DNA of 61,011 nucleotides, counting the filler. It is 3 parts of 3 records of this genome, joined end to end, with 100 filler letters (N's around TTAATTAATTAA, not from the genome) between each part and the next. Parts side by side here need not be neighbours in the genome. Positions count along the whole stretch, not along the records: positions 1 to 31,752 come from SRR31156797_4686; positions 31,853 to 54,075 come from SRR31156797_4691; 1 more part is not named here. One strand, written 5' to 3'. Below, piece by piece: positions 29,828 through 39,132 of this stretch. The notes below the pieces were generated by a model, which ran no database searches, was not told where the DNA came from, and saw only the letters and a program-made list of their open reading frames with translations. The position numbers and the translations under genes were made by a program. Numbering within the stretch: the first letter of the stretch is position 1; each line of letters starts with the position of its first letter.

Positions 29828-29860
29828 AAAAAAGCCGGAGTACTTTCGCATCCGGCTTTT
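29828..29860. terminator. Bidirectional intrinsic terminator
   Basis: AAAAGCCGGA-(11 nt)-TCCGGCTTTT between convergent genes. Confidence 0.8.
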
Positions 29861-29879
29861 ATTATGTGGTGAAATATTT

Positions 29880-31751
29880 CTAATCGTTTAAAAACTTGAG
29901 CTTTTCCTGAAGCACCTCCAGTTCCTTGCGGGCTTTTGCAATCTTCTTTTCAAACTCATCTTTAAACAGACTCGCTTTCTTGGAATCGGCAAGGAAACCG
30001 ATGTTGTTTTCCCAAACGTTGATATCATCTCTCAACTGTGTAATCTTACCCTGTATAAAGCTGCGCTCACGGCCCAGTGACTTGTTGCCGTCACGTGATC
30101 CTTTAAGTACCTCCATTTTGGATTTGTAATTCTCCATGGAGACTTCAGTACTGCTGATGTTGAGCTTATCGAGTTGCTTATCCACAGCGCTCCTGAACTC
30201 GTTTTGCAGGCGGTCTTTTTCTTTGAACGGAACAAACCCGATGTCAGTCCACTGGCGCTGGAAACTTTTAAGTTTATTGAGGTTTTCGTTCCTGTCGGCA
30301 CCAAACTCAGTTTCCTGAACCAGTTTGATCAACTCTTCTTTCTTCTTCAGGTTTTCATTTTCCTCATCCCGGATACTTGAAAAATGCTCTGATTTGCGGT
30401 TGAAGAACTCATCGCAGGCTGCACGAAAACGCTTCCAGATTTTATCTGAGTGCTTGCGCGGAACCGGACCAATTTCTTTCCATTCCTTTTGCAGGTTGAT
30501 CAACTCACGGGTGGTCTGACGCCAGTCATCGCTGTCTTTGATGGCCTCTGCCCTTACACACAAATCAAGTTTCAGGTTATAGTTATTGATTTGCTGCTCT
30601 TTGAGCTTACCAAAATATTCCTTTTTATCCTTGAAAAACGTATCCAGGGTATTTTTAAACCGCTCCCAGATTTCGTCGTTTTGCTTTTTTGCAGCAGGCC
30701 CAATGGTTTTCCACACACCAAAAAGCTCGTTAAACTGTTTGGTTTTATTCTGCCATTCCCTTATGGTTTTCACCTCGGAAGGCAACAGCTCTTCGGCTTT
30801 TTCGCAAAGGCCAACCTTGGCCTCATAATTTTTATCGTGTTGGTCCTGTAGTTGCTTGTAGTGCTCACGGCGACGCTGATTGATCTTATCGGTGGTTGAT
30901 TTAAACCGCTCCCACAGGTCTTCATTTTTATCTGCCGGAACCGGCCCGATCTCTTTCCACTTTTCGTGCAGGCGTTGGAGTTCCTTAAAGGATTTTATAA
31001 TAGAATTTTCAAGTAATAGCTCTTCTGCTTTTTCGCAAAGCTCGATCTTCTGTTCCAGATTTTTCTTCAGATCAAGATCCTTTAATTCTTTATTGATCTT
31101 CACCTTGTCAAAAAACTTCTCAACCAGGAAATGGTAATTCTGCCAAAGGTTGTTTACCTCCGACTTTGGAACCATACCAATGTCCTTCCAGCGTTCCTGC
31201 AACTCCTTGAAATCGTCGTAGGTCTTTTTCAGGGTTTCTTCAGAAGCGATCAGGTTTTTTAAATCCTCGAGAATTTGTTTCTTTTTGTCCAGATTAACCA
31301 GTTTCTCCTTTTCAAGGTTTTCGAGGAAAATGGCACGCTTCTGCTTGTAAATGTCGAACAGCTCATTGAACTTTACTTCCAGGGGATCTTCCACCGGCTT
31401 TGCTTCGGCCTTCTCATCATCATCTTTATCATCACCCGAAAGTGTCTCGTCGATATGTGCTTCTTTTTCTGCTTTTGTTTTTTTGATGTAGGTAACCTTT
31501 ATTTGCGACACTTTCGATTTTATCGCATTCACATCATCAGCACCAACCAGTTCCTCAAGTTGCGCAATAAGTTCTTCACGCGAAAGGCTGTTATAATCCA
31601 CAGTTTCATCATGCTCATGATCCTCATCATCATCTTCATCATCATGATGTTCATCGTCCACCTCCGCTACCTCAGCGTTTGCTTCCGTAGATGCTTTTTC
31701 CTCTGCTTTCGGTTCTGGCTTTTCTTCTGTCTTTTCAGCCTCAACAGTTTG
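29880..31751 (-). CDS. DUF349 repeat protein, 5'-truncated by the contig end
   Basis: Repeated LQ..WK.IGPVP......W.RF motifs; the frame stays open to the contig edge (QTVEAEKTEEKPEP...), so 31661 is not the true start. Confidence 0.9.
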   Translation of the reverse strand, partial: QTVEAEKTEEKPEPKAEEKASTEANAEVAEVDDEHHDDEDDDEDHEHDETVDYNSLSREELIAQLEELVGADDVNAIKSKVSQIKVTYIKKTKAEKEAHIDETLSGDDKDDDEKAEAKPVEDPLEVKFNELFDIYKQKRAIFLENLEKEKLVNLDKKKQILEDLKNLIASEETLKKTYDDFKELQERWKDIGMVPKSEVNNLWQNYHFLVEKFFDKVKINKELKDLDLKKNLEQKIELCEKAEELLLENSIIKSFKELQRLHEKWKEIGPVPADKNEDLWERFKSTTDKINQRRREHYKQLQDQHDKNYEAKVGLCEKAEELLPSEVKTIREWQNKTKQFNELFGVWKTIGPAAKKQNDEIWERFKNTLDTFFKDKKEYFGKLKEQQINNYNLKLDLCVRAEAIKDSDDWRQTTRELINLQKEWKEIGPVPRKHSDKIWKRFRAACDEFFNRKSEHFSSIRDEENENLKKKEELIKLVQETEFGADRNENLNKLKSFQRQWTDIGFVPFKEKDRLQNEFRSAVDKQLDKLNISSTEVSMENYKSKMEVLKGSRDGNKSLGRERSFIQGKITQLRDDINVWENNIGFLADSKKASLFKDEFEKKIAKARKELEVLQEKLKFLND

Positions 31752-31752
31752 A

Positions 31753-31852
31753 NNNNNNNNNNNNNNNNNNNNNNNNNNNNNNNNNNNNNNNNNNNNTTAA
31801 TTAATTAANNNNNNNNNNNNNNNNNNNNNNNNNNNNNNNNNNNNNNNNNNNN
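31753..31852. other. Artificial contig spacer (N44-TTAATTAATTAA-N44)
   Basis: Exactly 100 bp with stop codons in all six frames; identical to the second spacer; composition and taxonomy change across it. Confidence 0.97.
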
Positions 31853-31898
31853 AATCCGGCGTCCACTTCCATAAAGAAGGGGAAAAAAGGAGGACGTC

Positions 31899-31997
31899 AT
31901 GTTGCTTAAAAGTTACAGAAAAGAGATATTCCGGCCCGAATGCAATCCGGGATTCCAATCGGTACACTGCATCGCCCATCTGGATCAGGAAGATTGA
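31899..31997 (+). pseudogene. Truncated remnant of a deltaproteobacterial Fe-S-cluster-domain/metal-binding protein
   Basis: Strong RBS AGGAGG, then MLLKSYRKEIFRPECNPGFQSVHCIAHLDQED-stop; resembles the N-terminus of a longer family ending in a LPxTNCxxCG Fe-S motif (recognised from memory). Confidence 0.55.
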
Positions 31998-32083
31998 TGA
32001 ATATATTTTCATCATGAACCGGGCTTATCCGGCGGCCTGTGAACCGCCAGCCGATGAAATACTGGAACCCATGATTTTACGCG

Positions 32084-35000
32084 TTAAACCGAATCCGTAA
32101 CGGCATCTTTGTTCTGATTGGGTCTTCTCTCAATCCAATCCATCATGGCGGGAATGACAAAGAGCGTCAGCAGGGTGGAGGTGGCAAGCCCGAACACCAC
32201 CACAATGGAAAGGGGCCGCTGCACTTCCGATCCCATACCCCGGGAAAGCAGCAACGGCAACAGCCCCAGGATGGTGGTGGCGGCCGTCATGAGGACCGGT
32301 CGCAGCCTGAGCATCCCCCCTTCCAGGATGGCGTCCATCGGTTTTCGGCCTTCAACCATCAACTGTTCGATGGTACTGACAAGGACCATACCGTTTTGAA
32401 CGGCGATGCCGAAGAGTGCGATAAACCCCACGGCCGCTGGAACGGACAGGTATTCACCCATCACATACAGACCGATGATACCGCCGGTGAGGGCCAGGGG
32501 AACGTTCAGAATAATCACGAAAGCGTGTCTAAAGGTCCCGAAAGTCATCCAGAGCATGATGAACACCGTGAAAATCACAATGGGCACAATCACCATGAGA
32601 CGCGCCACGGCCCGCTCTTGATTTTCAAACTGCCCACCGTATTCGATGGTGTATCCCGGGGGTAATACCACCTTTTGTGCAATCCGTTCACGGATCTCTT
32701 TAAACACGCTCCCCAGATCCTTTCCCCGGATATTCCCGTACACAATCCAGCGACGCTGGTTTTTTTCACGGCTGATCTGCATGGGTCCTGTCACCCGGCT
32801 GATTTTCGCCACCCGGGAAAGGGGGATCAATGACCCGTCCCCCGTGTGAACCAGTAACGCGCCCAGCGTTTTCGGATCCTCCCGGTAGGGGGCCTGGTAG
32901 CGGATATGGATGTCGAATCGCCGGGTATTGAGGTAAATGCCGTCAACGGCCTCTCCCCCCACGGCCAGTTCCACGATTTCAAGGATCTGGGACACGGTGA
33001 TCCCGTACCGTGCACAGGCGGCCCGGTCCGCAATCACCTGAACCTGGGGCTGCCCCAGGGCCTGCTCCGTGTTCAAATCCACCAGGCCGGGGACATCCTC
33101 AATGGCCTCCTTGATTTCAAAAGCCTTTTCCTTCAGTACCGCCAGATCCTCACCGAAAATTTTGATGGCCACCTGGGCCTTGACCCCTGACAGGAGTTCA
33201 TCAAACGCGTTCTGTATGGGCTGGGTGAAATTCAGTTTCGCGCCTTTATAAGCGGAAAGATCCCGATGCAGGGCCTGAACAAGCGCTTTCTTGTTTCCCC
33301 CTGAAGGCCATTCTTCCATGGGCTTCAACTCAACGTGGATCTCAGCGTAGTTGACGGGATGGGGATGACTCCCTGCCTCGGGACGACCGATGCGGGAAAC
33401 GGTTTCCGACACCCCTTTGTGCCCCTTGATAAGGCGCTCCATTTTCATGACCGTTTCGGATGCCCTTTCCAGGGAAATGGAAGGGGCCATGGTGACCCCG
33501 ATCATAATGGAGCCTTCCTCCAGGGTGGGAATGAATTCCGTTCCGATCAGGGGCAGTACGGCAAGGCTTGAAAGAAAGAGGATCAGGCTCAAGCCCATCA
33601 CCATAAATTTATTTCGAAGGGCACCTTTGAGCAAAGGCTCATAAAGCCGTTTTAATATCCTTGTGAACCGGAACTCACTTTTATTGTCCCCCTTGAGCAA
33701 AAAGGAGGATAAGGCCGGTGCAACAAAAAGAGCACTCAGGATGGATCCGAACAGGGCGAAGCAAATGGTGAATGCCATGGGGGTAAACATCTTCCCTTCC
33801 ACATCCTTAAGGGAAAAGATGGGAAGAAAAACGATGATGATGATGGCAATGGAGAACAGAATGGGCCGGCTCACTTCCCTGGCCGCCTGTAGGACCGTGT
33901 TGATCCGGCCCGCGTTGGATACCCCTTTCCGGTTCAGGTGGCGGTGGATGTTTTCCACCATGACGATGGCCCCGTCCGCCAGCATGCCGATGCCGACGGC
34001 AATCCCCCCCAGGCTCATGAGATTGGCGGAAATGCCGTATATGCGCATAAAGATGATGGATATGAGGGCGCAGATGGGGAGGGACAGGGCAACGATAAAG
34101 GCTGAACGCAAGTTACCCAGGAAAATCAAGAGGGTTGCCATGACCAGCAGCGCCCCCTGGACCAAGGCTTTTTTGATGGTCCATGTGGCCTGGCGCACCA
34201 GTTCCGCCTGCTCGTAATAGGGATGGAGGGTCACCCCGGGGGGCAGGGACTGTTTGACTACCTCAACTTTCCGGTAAAGATCTTCAATAACCCTGGAACT
34301 GTTTTCCCCGAACAGCTTGAGCACAATACCGGAAACCACTTCCTCCCGGCCGTTGTGCGTGACCACACCCCTGCGGATGGCGTTACCATAACCTACCCGT
34401 GCCACATCTTCCATGCGGATGGGAACCCCCTCAATCACCTTAATGGGAATTTGTCTGATCTCATCCAGATTTTTCAGAAGCCCGATACCCCTGACCAGGT
34501 GCTCCTCGGCCCCCAGCACCAGGAATTGCCCCCCGGCGTTTCGATTGTTTTCCCGGACCGCCGCAATGACATCCTCGAGTCCGAGGTGGTATTTTTGCAG
34601 GGCAAGGGGATCCACGCGAATCTGGAATTGAAGGACATGCCCCCCCATGGAAAGGATATCCGTGACGCCCGGTACCGTGCGAAGCTGAAATTTGACCACC
34701 CAGTCGTTGATTTCGCGCAAGTATGTTCCGGGGTCTTTACCATGCGTGTCAATCCCTTTCCCAAGGGTCAGATAGTATATGAAAACCTGTCCGAGACCCG
34801 TGGATATGGGGCCCAGTTTGGGCGCTTCTTCCATATGGGGCAGTTCCGATGCAGCTGCTGCAAGCCTTTCACCCACCAGCTGTCTTGCAAAATAGATATC
34901 CACGTGGTCTTGGAAATAGACGTAAATGACAGCCATGCCGAAGGCGGATGTGGACTTGATCAGGGTCACATGGGGGAGACCGTTCATGGCCGACTCAATT

Positions 35001-35203
35001 GGGTAGGCGATCAAACGCTCCACCTCTTCAGGGGCCATGCCATGGGCCTCGGCAAAAACGGGGACCATAATGGGCGATATATCCGGAAACGCTTCAACGG
35101 GCATTTCACGGTATTCATAAATGCCGAAAGCCAAGATCCCGATGATGGCCAGAAGCACCATTGAGCGGACTTTAAGAACGGTTTCAAGGAGTTTATTGAT
35201 CAT
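32084..35203 (-). CDS. czcA: CzcA/CusA-family heavy-metal RND permease
   Basis: EAFPDI, APEEVE, ANLMSLGG, DGAIVMVEN, GFIALFGIAVQNG, RLRPVLMTA; ATG 35203 preferred. Confidence 0.93.
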   Translation of the reverse strand: MINKLLETVLKVRSMVLLAIIGILAFGIYEYREMPVEAFPDISPIMVPVFAEAHGMAPEEVERLIAYPIESAMNGLPHVTLIKSTSAFGMAVIYVYFQDHVDIYFARQLVGERLAAAASELPHMEEAPKLGPISTGLGQVFIYYLTLGKGIDTHGKDPGTYLREINDWVVKFQLRTVPGVTDILSMGGHVLQFQIRVDPLALQKYHLGLEDVIAAVRENNRNAGGQFLVLGAEEHLVRGIGLLKNLDEIRQIPIKVIEGVPIRMEDVARVGYGNAIRRGVVTHNGREEVVSGIVLKLFGENSSRVIEDLYRKVEVVKQSLPPGVTLHPYYEQAELVRQATWTIKKALVQGALLVMATLLIFLGNLRSAFIVALSLPICALISIIFMRIYGISANLMSLGGIAVGIGMLADGAIVMVENIHRHLNRKGVSNAGRINTVLQAAREVSRPILFSIAIIIIVFLPIFSLKDVEGKMFTPMAFTICFALFGSILSALFVAPALSSFLLKGDNKSEFRFTRILKRLYEPLLKGALRNKFMVMGLSLILFLSSLAVLPLIGTEFIPTLEEGSIMIGVTMAPSISLERASETVMKMERLIKGHKGVSETVSRIGRPEAGSHPHPVNYAEIHVELKPMEEWPSGGNKKALVQALHRDLSAYKGAKLNFTQPIQNAFDELLSGVKAQVAIKIFGEDLAVLKEKAFEIKEAIEDVPGLVDLNTEQALGQPQVQVIADRAACARYGITVSQILEIVELAVGGEAVDGIYLNTRRFDIHIRYQAPYREDPKTLGALLVHTGDGSLIPLSRVAKISRVTGPMQISREKNQRRWIVYGNIRGKDLGSVFKEIRERIAQKVVLPPGYTIEYGGQFENQERAVARLMVIVPIVIFTVFIMLWMTFGTFRHAFVIILNVPLALTGGIIGLYVMGEYLSVPAAVGFIALFGIAVQNGMVLVSTIEQLMVEGRKPMDAILEGGMLRLRPVLMTAATTILGLLPLLLSRGMGSEVQRPLSIVVVFGLATSTLLTLFVIPAMMDWIERRPNQNKDAVTDSV

Positions 35204-35249
35204 ATTTTCTCTCTTTTTCTTAGGTGTCTTGTGAATCTTTTCCGTCCAC

Positions 35250-36572
35250 TCAGTGCCCGTGCCCCGCATGGCTGTCCATTTTATCGGTCGTGAGCGCGGC
35301 TTTCAGTTCAAAAGCTCCTTCAGCCACATAGCGGTCTCCCGTGGACAAACCTGAAATAATCTCCACATGGGTTTCATCGGATCGCCCCGTGGCAATCACC
35401 TTTCCTTCAAACCCACCTTCCACTGGAACGAATACCATGGATTCCTCCCCGATACGCTGAACCGCTTTTTTGGGAACCATCAGGGGGATGTCTTTTTCTC
35501 CGGCCTTGATCCTGGCCTTCACGAACAGTCCGGGCCGCCACCGCCCATCCGGATTGGAAAGGGTCGCACGCCCAATGGCCGTACGGGTTTCCCGTCCCAC
35601 AAGCGGCGCAATGAACGTGAGCCTGCCCGTGGCGGCGGGCATGGGTTCATCACCCCGTATGTGGACGGCCATACCCTTTTTCAAATGGGGCAATTGTTTC
35701 TGGAGCAGGTTGATCCTCACCCAGACGGTATTCATATCCGCCACCCGGTATACGGAAGTGGTGCTTTCCACCATTTCCCCAAGAGACAAATTTTTTTCCA
35801 GGATCTGCCCATTCAAGGGTGAGACGATCTCATAGCGGGTAAGGGAGGCATCCGCCCGTCGAGGCAACCTGTCAATGGCAGCCTTGGAGAGACCCAAAGC
35901 CATGAGCTTCTGCCGGGCGGACCGCGCCTCTATCCCGGCACCGGAGAGGGCCGTCTTGCTTGCCAGATAATCCTGCTCCGGCGATATCTTTTTTCGCCAG
36001 AGGGACTCTTCCCGCTCAAAGGTCTTCTCCGCCAACAATACCCGCTCCCGGGCCGCCAGGTAGGCGGCACCGGCATCCGCCAGCTCGCGGCTCTCCAGAA
36101 CCGCCATCACATCCCCTTTTCGGACCGCATCTCCCTGGCGTTTTTTGATTTCCCTGACATAACCCGATACGTACGGCGTTACGAGGGCATGGGCGTCATC
36201 ATTGAGGATAATCTCACCGGGCAGGGTCAATGCTGTTTCCAGTTTCCCCGGGCCCGCTTCCGCCACCACAACACCCAGCGCCCGGATCTGATCTTGACCC
36301 AGCAGAACATGGTCTTCATCCGGATGGGTGGGTTCGGGTTCATGGGAATCATGTCCCTGCGCCTGTTCCCGGTGCTCCGGTTGCTCCTCATGTTCCCCTT
36401 CATCATGACCCTTTTCCCCATGACCCTCGTCGTGATCACGGACTTCTCCCTGAAATGGATGGAAAACAGCCGTGCGCCCATAATAGAGGGCACCAATAGC
36501 GGCCGGAACCGCCACAGCCAAACAGATCAAAACCATTTTTCCTATTTTCACGGGACAACTCCTTTTTTCCAT
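35250..36572 (-). CDS. czcB: CzcB-type membrane fusion protein with His-rich segment
   Basis: TM anchor, His/Glu-rich tract, LPGEI, WRPGLFV, C-terminal HAGHGH. Confidence 0.9.
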   Translation of the reverse strand: MEKRSCPVKIGKMVLICLAVAVPAAIGALYYGRTAVFHPFQGEVRDHDEGHGEKGHDEGEHEEQPEHREQAQGHDSHEPEPTHPDEDHVLLGQDQIRALGVVVAEAGPGKLETALTLPGEIILNDDAHALVTPYVSGYVREIKKRQGDAVRKGDVMAVLESRELADAGAAYLAARERVLLAEKTFEREESLWRKKISPEQDYLASKTALSGAGIEARSARQKLMALGLSKAAIDRLPRRADASLTRYEIVSPLNGQILEKNLSLGEMVESTTSVYRVADMNTVWVRINLLQKQLPHLKKGMAVHIRGDEPMPAATGRLTFIAPLVGRETRTAIGRATLSNPDGRWRPGLFVKARIKAGEKDIPLMVPKKAVQRIGEESMVFVPVEGGFEGKVIATGRSDETHVEIISGLSTGDRYVAEGAFELKAALTTDKMDSHAGHGH

Positions 36573-37885
36573 TTTTCAGCCGCCGAAACCAGTGCATCCA
36601 TATCAAGACCGATCAACCGCTCCACCTGTGTCCGGGCCTGCTGGTATGAGAACAGGGCATTGATGTGACGCAAATTCACGGATACCAGGGTTCTCTGGGC
36701 ATCCAGCAGATTCAGGTAGTCAAATTTCCCATGGCGAAACCCTTCTTCAGACGCCTTGAAAGCCGCTTCAGCCCCGGGCAGCACATGCTGCGCCAGATCG
36801 GTGGCCTCCATATGGGCCCGGGACAATTCCTGGTATGTTTCGGCCAGATTGTTGACCACCCGCAGCCATACGGCCCTCGATTCCTCTTTTGACTTGCTCA
36901 ACCTTTCCCGGGCCTCAAGGGTGGCACCCTGGTTGTAATCGAAAATGGGGATGGGGATGGACACCCCCATGACAAAGGCCGTATCGTCCACCTCATTGTG
37001 GTGTTTGGCCCCCATACTCACCGTCAAATCGGGGACACCCCGGGCCTCCTCCAGGTCCACGCCGGCGCGGTGCTGCTCGATGGCCACGGCCCAGCGGGCC
37101 ACATCCGGGTTTCGGGACACCATTTTTTCCAGTGTCTCCAGGGAAGGGAGCGGCATCAGCTTCCCCAGGCGGCCGCTGGCTTCCCCGAAGGTGGGGGTCG
37201 TCCCCCCCCAGGACCCTGAAAGCTTTCTTCGAGCCACCTTCAGATCATACCGGGCGTGTTTTACATCGATCCGGGATGTGGAACGGTCAACCTCCGCCTT
37301 CACCGCTTCCACGGGAGAAATTTTTCCGGCCTTCACCCGTTCCGAAGTGGTCTGAAGGACTTCATCCGCCAGATACAGCAGTTTTCCCATGAGGTTCAGA
37401 CGCTCCTGGGCATACAGCACGCCTATAAATGCCAGTCGCGTCCGGGCCACCACATCCGCCCGTGTCACCTCATAATCCAACTGTGCCAGATCACGACCCA
37501 GGAGTGCATGGGTACTCCTTTTGGCGCGTTTCCCTCCCAGCTCGATCAACTGGCTCAACTGCACCGTGGTCTCGGCCGCATCAAAGCCTTTGAATACCCC
37601 CGAGCCGGCGAAGTTTTCCGTTTCAGCCTCAATTTCGGGGTTGGGAAGGAGCCCCGCCTGAAGCACGCGCCCTTCCATGGCACGCCTTTCCCAGCGTGAG
37701 GCGTTCAATTGGGGGTTGTTTTCAATGGCCAGGGCAATGGCTTTTTGAAGGGTAACGGGGCTTCCGCCGAAATCGAAAGCTGGTGAAGGAACCTCTGCAC
37801 GGACATCCGGGTGAAACCAGGCGAATAAAAAGAATAACAGCAACCCCCGGAACAAATCAGGGAATCCGGATTTTTTCAGGTACAT
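36548..37885 (-). CDS. czcC: CzcC-type TolC outer-membrane efflux protein
   Basis: AGLLPNP, LSQLIELGGKR, SIPIPIFDYNQG, GKFDYLNLLDAQR. Confidence 0.9.
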   Translation of the reverse strand: MYLKKSGFPDLFRGLLLFFLFAWFHPDVRAEVPSPAFDFGGSPVTLQKAIALAIENNPQLNASRWERRAMEGRVLQAGLLPNPEIEAETENFAGSGVFKGFDAAETTVQLSQLIELGGKRAKRSTHALLGRDLAQLDYEVTRADVVARTRLAFIGVLYAQERLNLMGKLLYLADEVLQTTSERVKAGKISPVEAVKAEVDRSTSRIDVKHARYDLKVARRKLSGSWGGTTPTFGEASGRLGKLMPLPSLETLEKMVSRNPDVARWAVAIEQHRAGVDLEEARGVPDLTVSMGAKHHNEVDDTAFVMGVSIPIPIFDYNQGATLEARERLSKSKEESRAVWLRVVNNLAETYQELSRAHMEATDLAQHVLPGAEAAFKASEEGFRHGKFDYLNLLDAQRTLVSVNLRHINALFSYQQARTQVERLIGLDMDALVSAAEKWKKGVVP

Positions 37886-37972
37886 GAATCATCTCTCCAT
37901 ATTCCAATGTTACGGCCCGCAAAAAAAGATGGGGCTTCCAAGAAAAATGGGATGGAACAAAAAGAGAAATGA

Positions 37973-38389
37973 TCAGATGATCAAAATGGTGGTATCGGTA
38001 AAAGCGGTGTCGGGAAAAACAAGGAAAGGGTCTTTAAAACCGTATCCACCATGGCTAATGGCGGGTGGATCCATTGTGGACTCGGGGCTGAGGTGCCCCG
38101 CATACGGAAGCAAGCTTAAAACACGCTTAAAAGAAGCCTGAACATTCATGAGGGTTTCCGGAGCCAGGGAAAAATGCCGCGGCCCTTCCTCCCGGGTTTC
38201 ATGGCATAATCCTTCCCGGGATTCGCCGCACGGCTGATCCGGCAGTTGGCCGAAATGGAGATGTACCGCCTTCTCCCCATAACCGCCATCCCCATGGATG
38301 CAAACCATCATGTTTCGAAAGTAGACATTCCCCAGCACAACGCACACAACCAGTGAAATAACAATTCCCGTTGTCAGTCTTCGATTCAT
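37973..38389 (-). CDS. Small membrane-anchored His/Cys protein preceding czcCBA (CzcI-like position)
   Basis: From ATG 38389: TM segment, CIHGD..HLH..C..CH, ends TTILII; downstream of a good promoter. Confidence 0.55.
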   Translation of the reverse strand: MNRRLTTGIVISLVVCVVLGNVYFRNMMVCIHGDGGYGEKAVHLHFGQLPDQPCGESREGLCHETREEGPRHFSLAPETLMNVQASFKRVLSLLPYAGHLSPESTMDPPAISHGGYGFKDPFLVFPDTAFTDTTILII

Positions 38390-38423
38390 GATAGATATTT
38401 CCGAAAATTTCATAATGGGTAAA

Positions 38424-38451
38424 ATCTTATCATTCTTTTCCAAATAGTCAA
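38424..38451 (-). promoter_or_regulatory. sigma70-type promoter for the czc operon
   Basis: TTGACT-16 nt-TAAGAT with extended TG. Confidence 0.5.
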
Positions 38452-38469
38452 GGTGCGAAAATCCCATCC

Positions 38470-38500
38470 TTGACACCCTTTTTTCAAAGGGATATATCTT
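38470..38500 (+). promoter_or_regulatory. Divergent sigma70-type promoter with a dyad in the spacer
   Basis: TTGACA-19 nt-TATCTT containing CCCTTT-N4-AAAGGG. Confidence 0.4.
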
Positions 38501-38582
38501 TGCCGAACTATCCCCGTCGTCGTTCGCAAACAGTCCATGTGATGGCAAGATGGTCCATGCCGTTGAGACGAAAGAGGATCGC

Positions 38583-39030
38583 ATGATCATTACCACAACC
38601 CCACAATTCCCGCGAAGGTTTCTGCTTTCCGCAATTATCATTACGGCTTTATCACTTTACCACCCCGTTTCCGCAAAAACGCTTTCCCCGGCCCCAAAAA
38701 AAATCGCTATCCTTTCAGATGGAGAAAGTGAACCCTCAGACGATCTCACGCTTCGCTTTAAAAAGGCCCTGCATATCCTGGCGGAAGGGGAAATAACACC
38801 TGTTTTCAAGAAAAGCAATGGGGCCCACCGGCGGAAAGAAAAGGCAGCGGCGGCAAAGTGGTGGATGTGAGAAAAAACAGGGCCACCCTTCGAAAGCTGG
38901 CATCCCTGCACCGGGAAGCCGGCCAGATGGTTGAAGAACGGACTCATCAAAGCCTCCACGGCCCGGTCCGACATGGATCTGGCCCGCATGGCCGCGGAAT
39001 CGGCCGGGAAAAATTACGTGGAGCGATCCA
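38583..39030 (+). pseudogene. Internally deleted, frameshifted remnant of a TolC-family gene
   Basis: Signal peptide + KKIAILSDGES...FKKAL..LAEGE, then pieces in other frames (VRKNRATLRKL...MVEER; LIKAST...DLARMAAESAGKNY) resembling TolC C-terminal helices. Confidence 0.4.
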
Positions 39031-39132
39031 TGAATCGGATTGCGGCCCTGGTACCCTCCGGGAAAAAGGGCGTCATTCCGGTTTCGAAAAATGGATCGCG
39101 GAACTAAAACCCTTTTCCATAAGGGGAGTATA

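Noticed and set aside
31797-31808. TTAATTAATTAA palindrome as a biological site, and ORFs 31275..31808 and 31797..32015 ending in it
   Set aside because: Part of an artificial six-frame-stop spacer flanked by Ns and repeated identically at 54120-54131
31700-31900. Composition shift as a genomic-island or HGT boundary
   Set aside because: It coincides with the contig spacer; the flanks are unrelated contigs
31995-32000. Selenocysteine read-through of TGA in the truncated Fe-S gene
   Set aside because: Two consecutive TGA codons, the position is not an expected Cys, and the downstream frame loses resemblance and stops again soon
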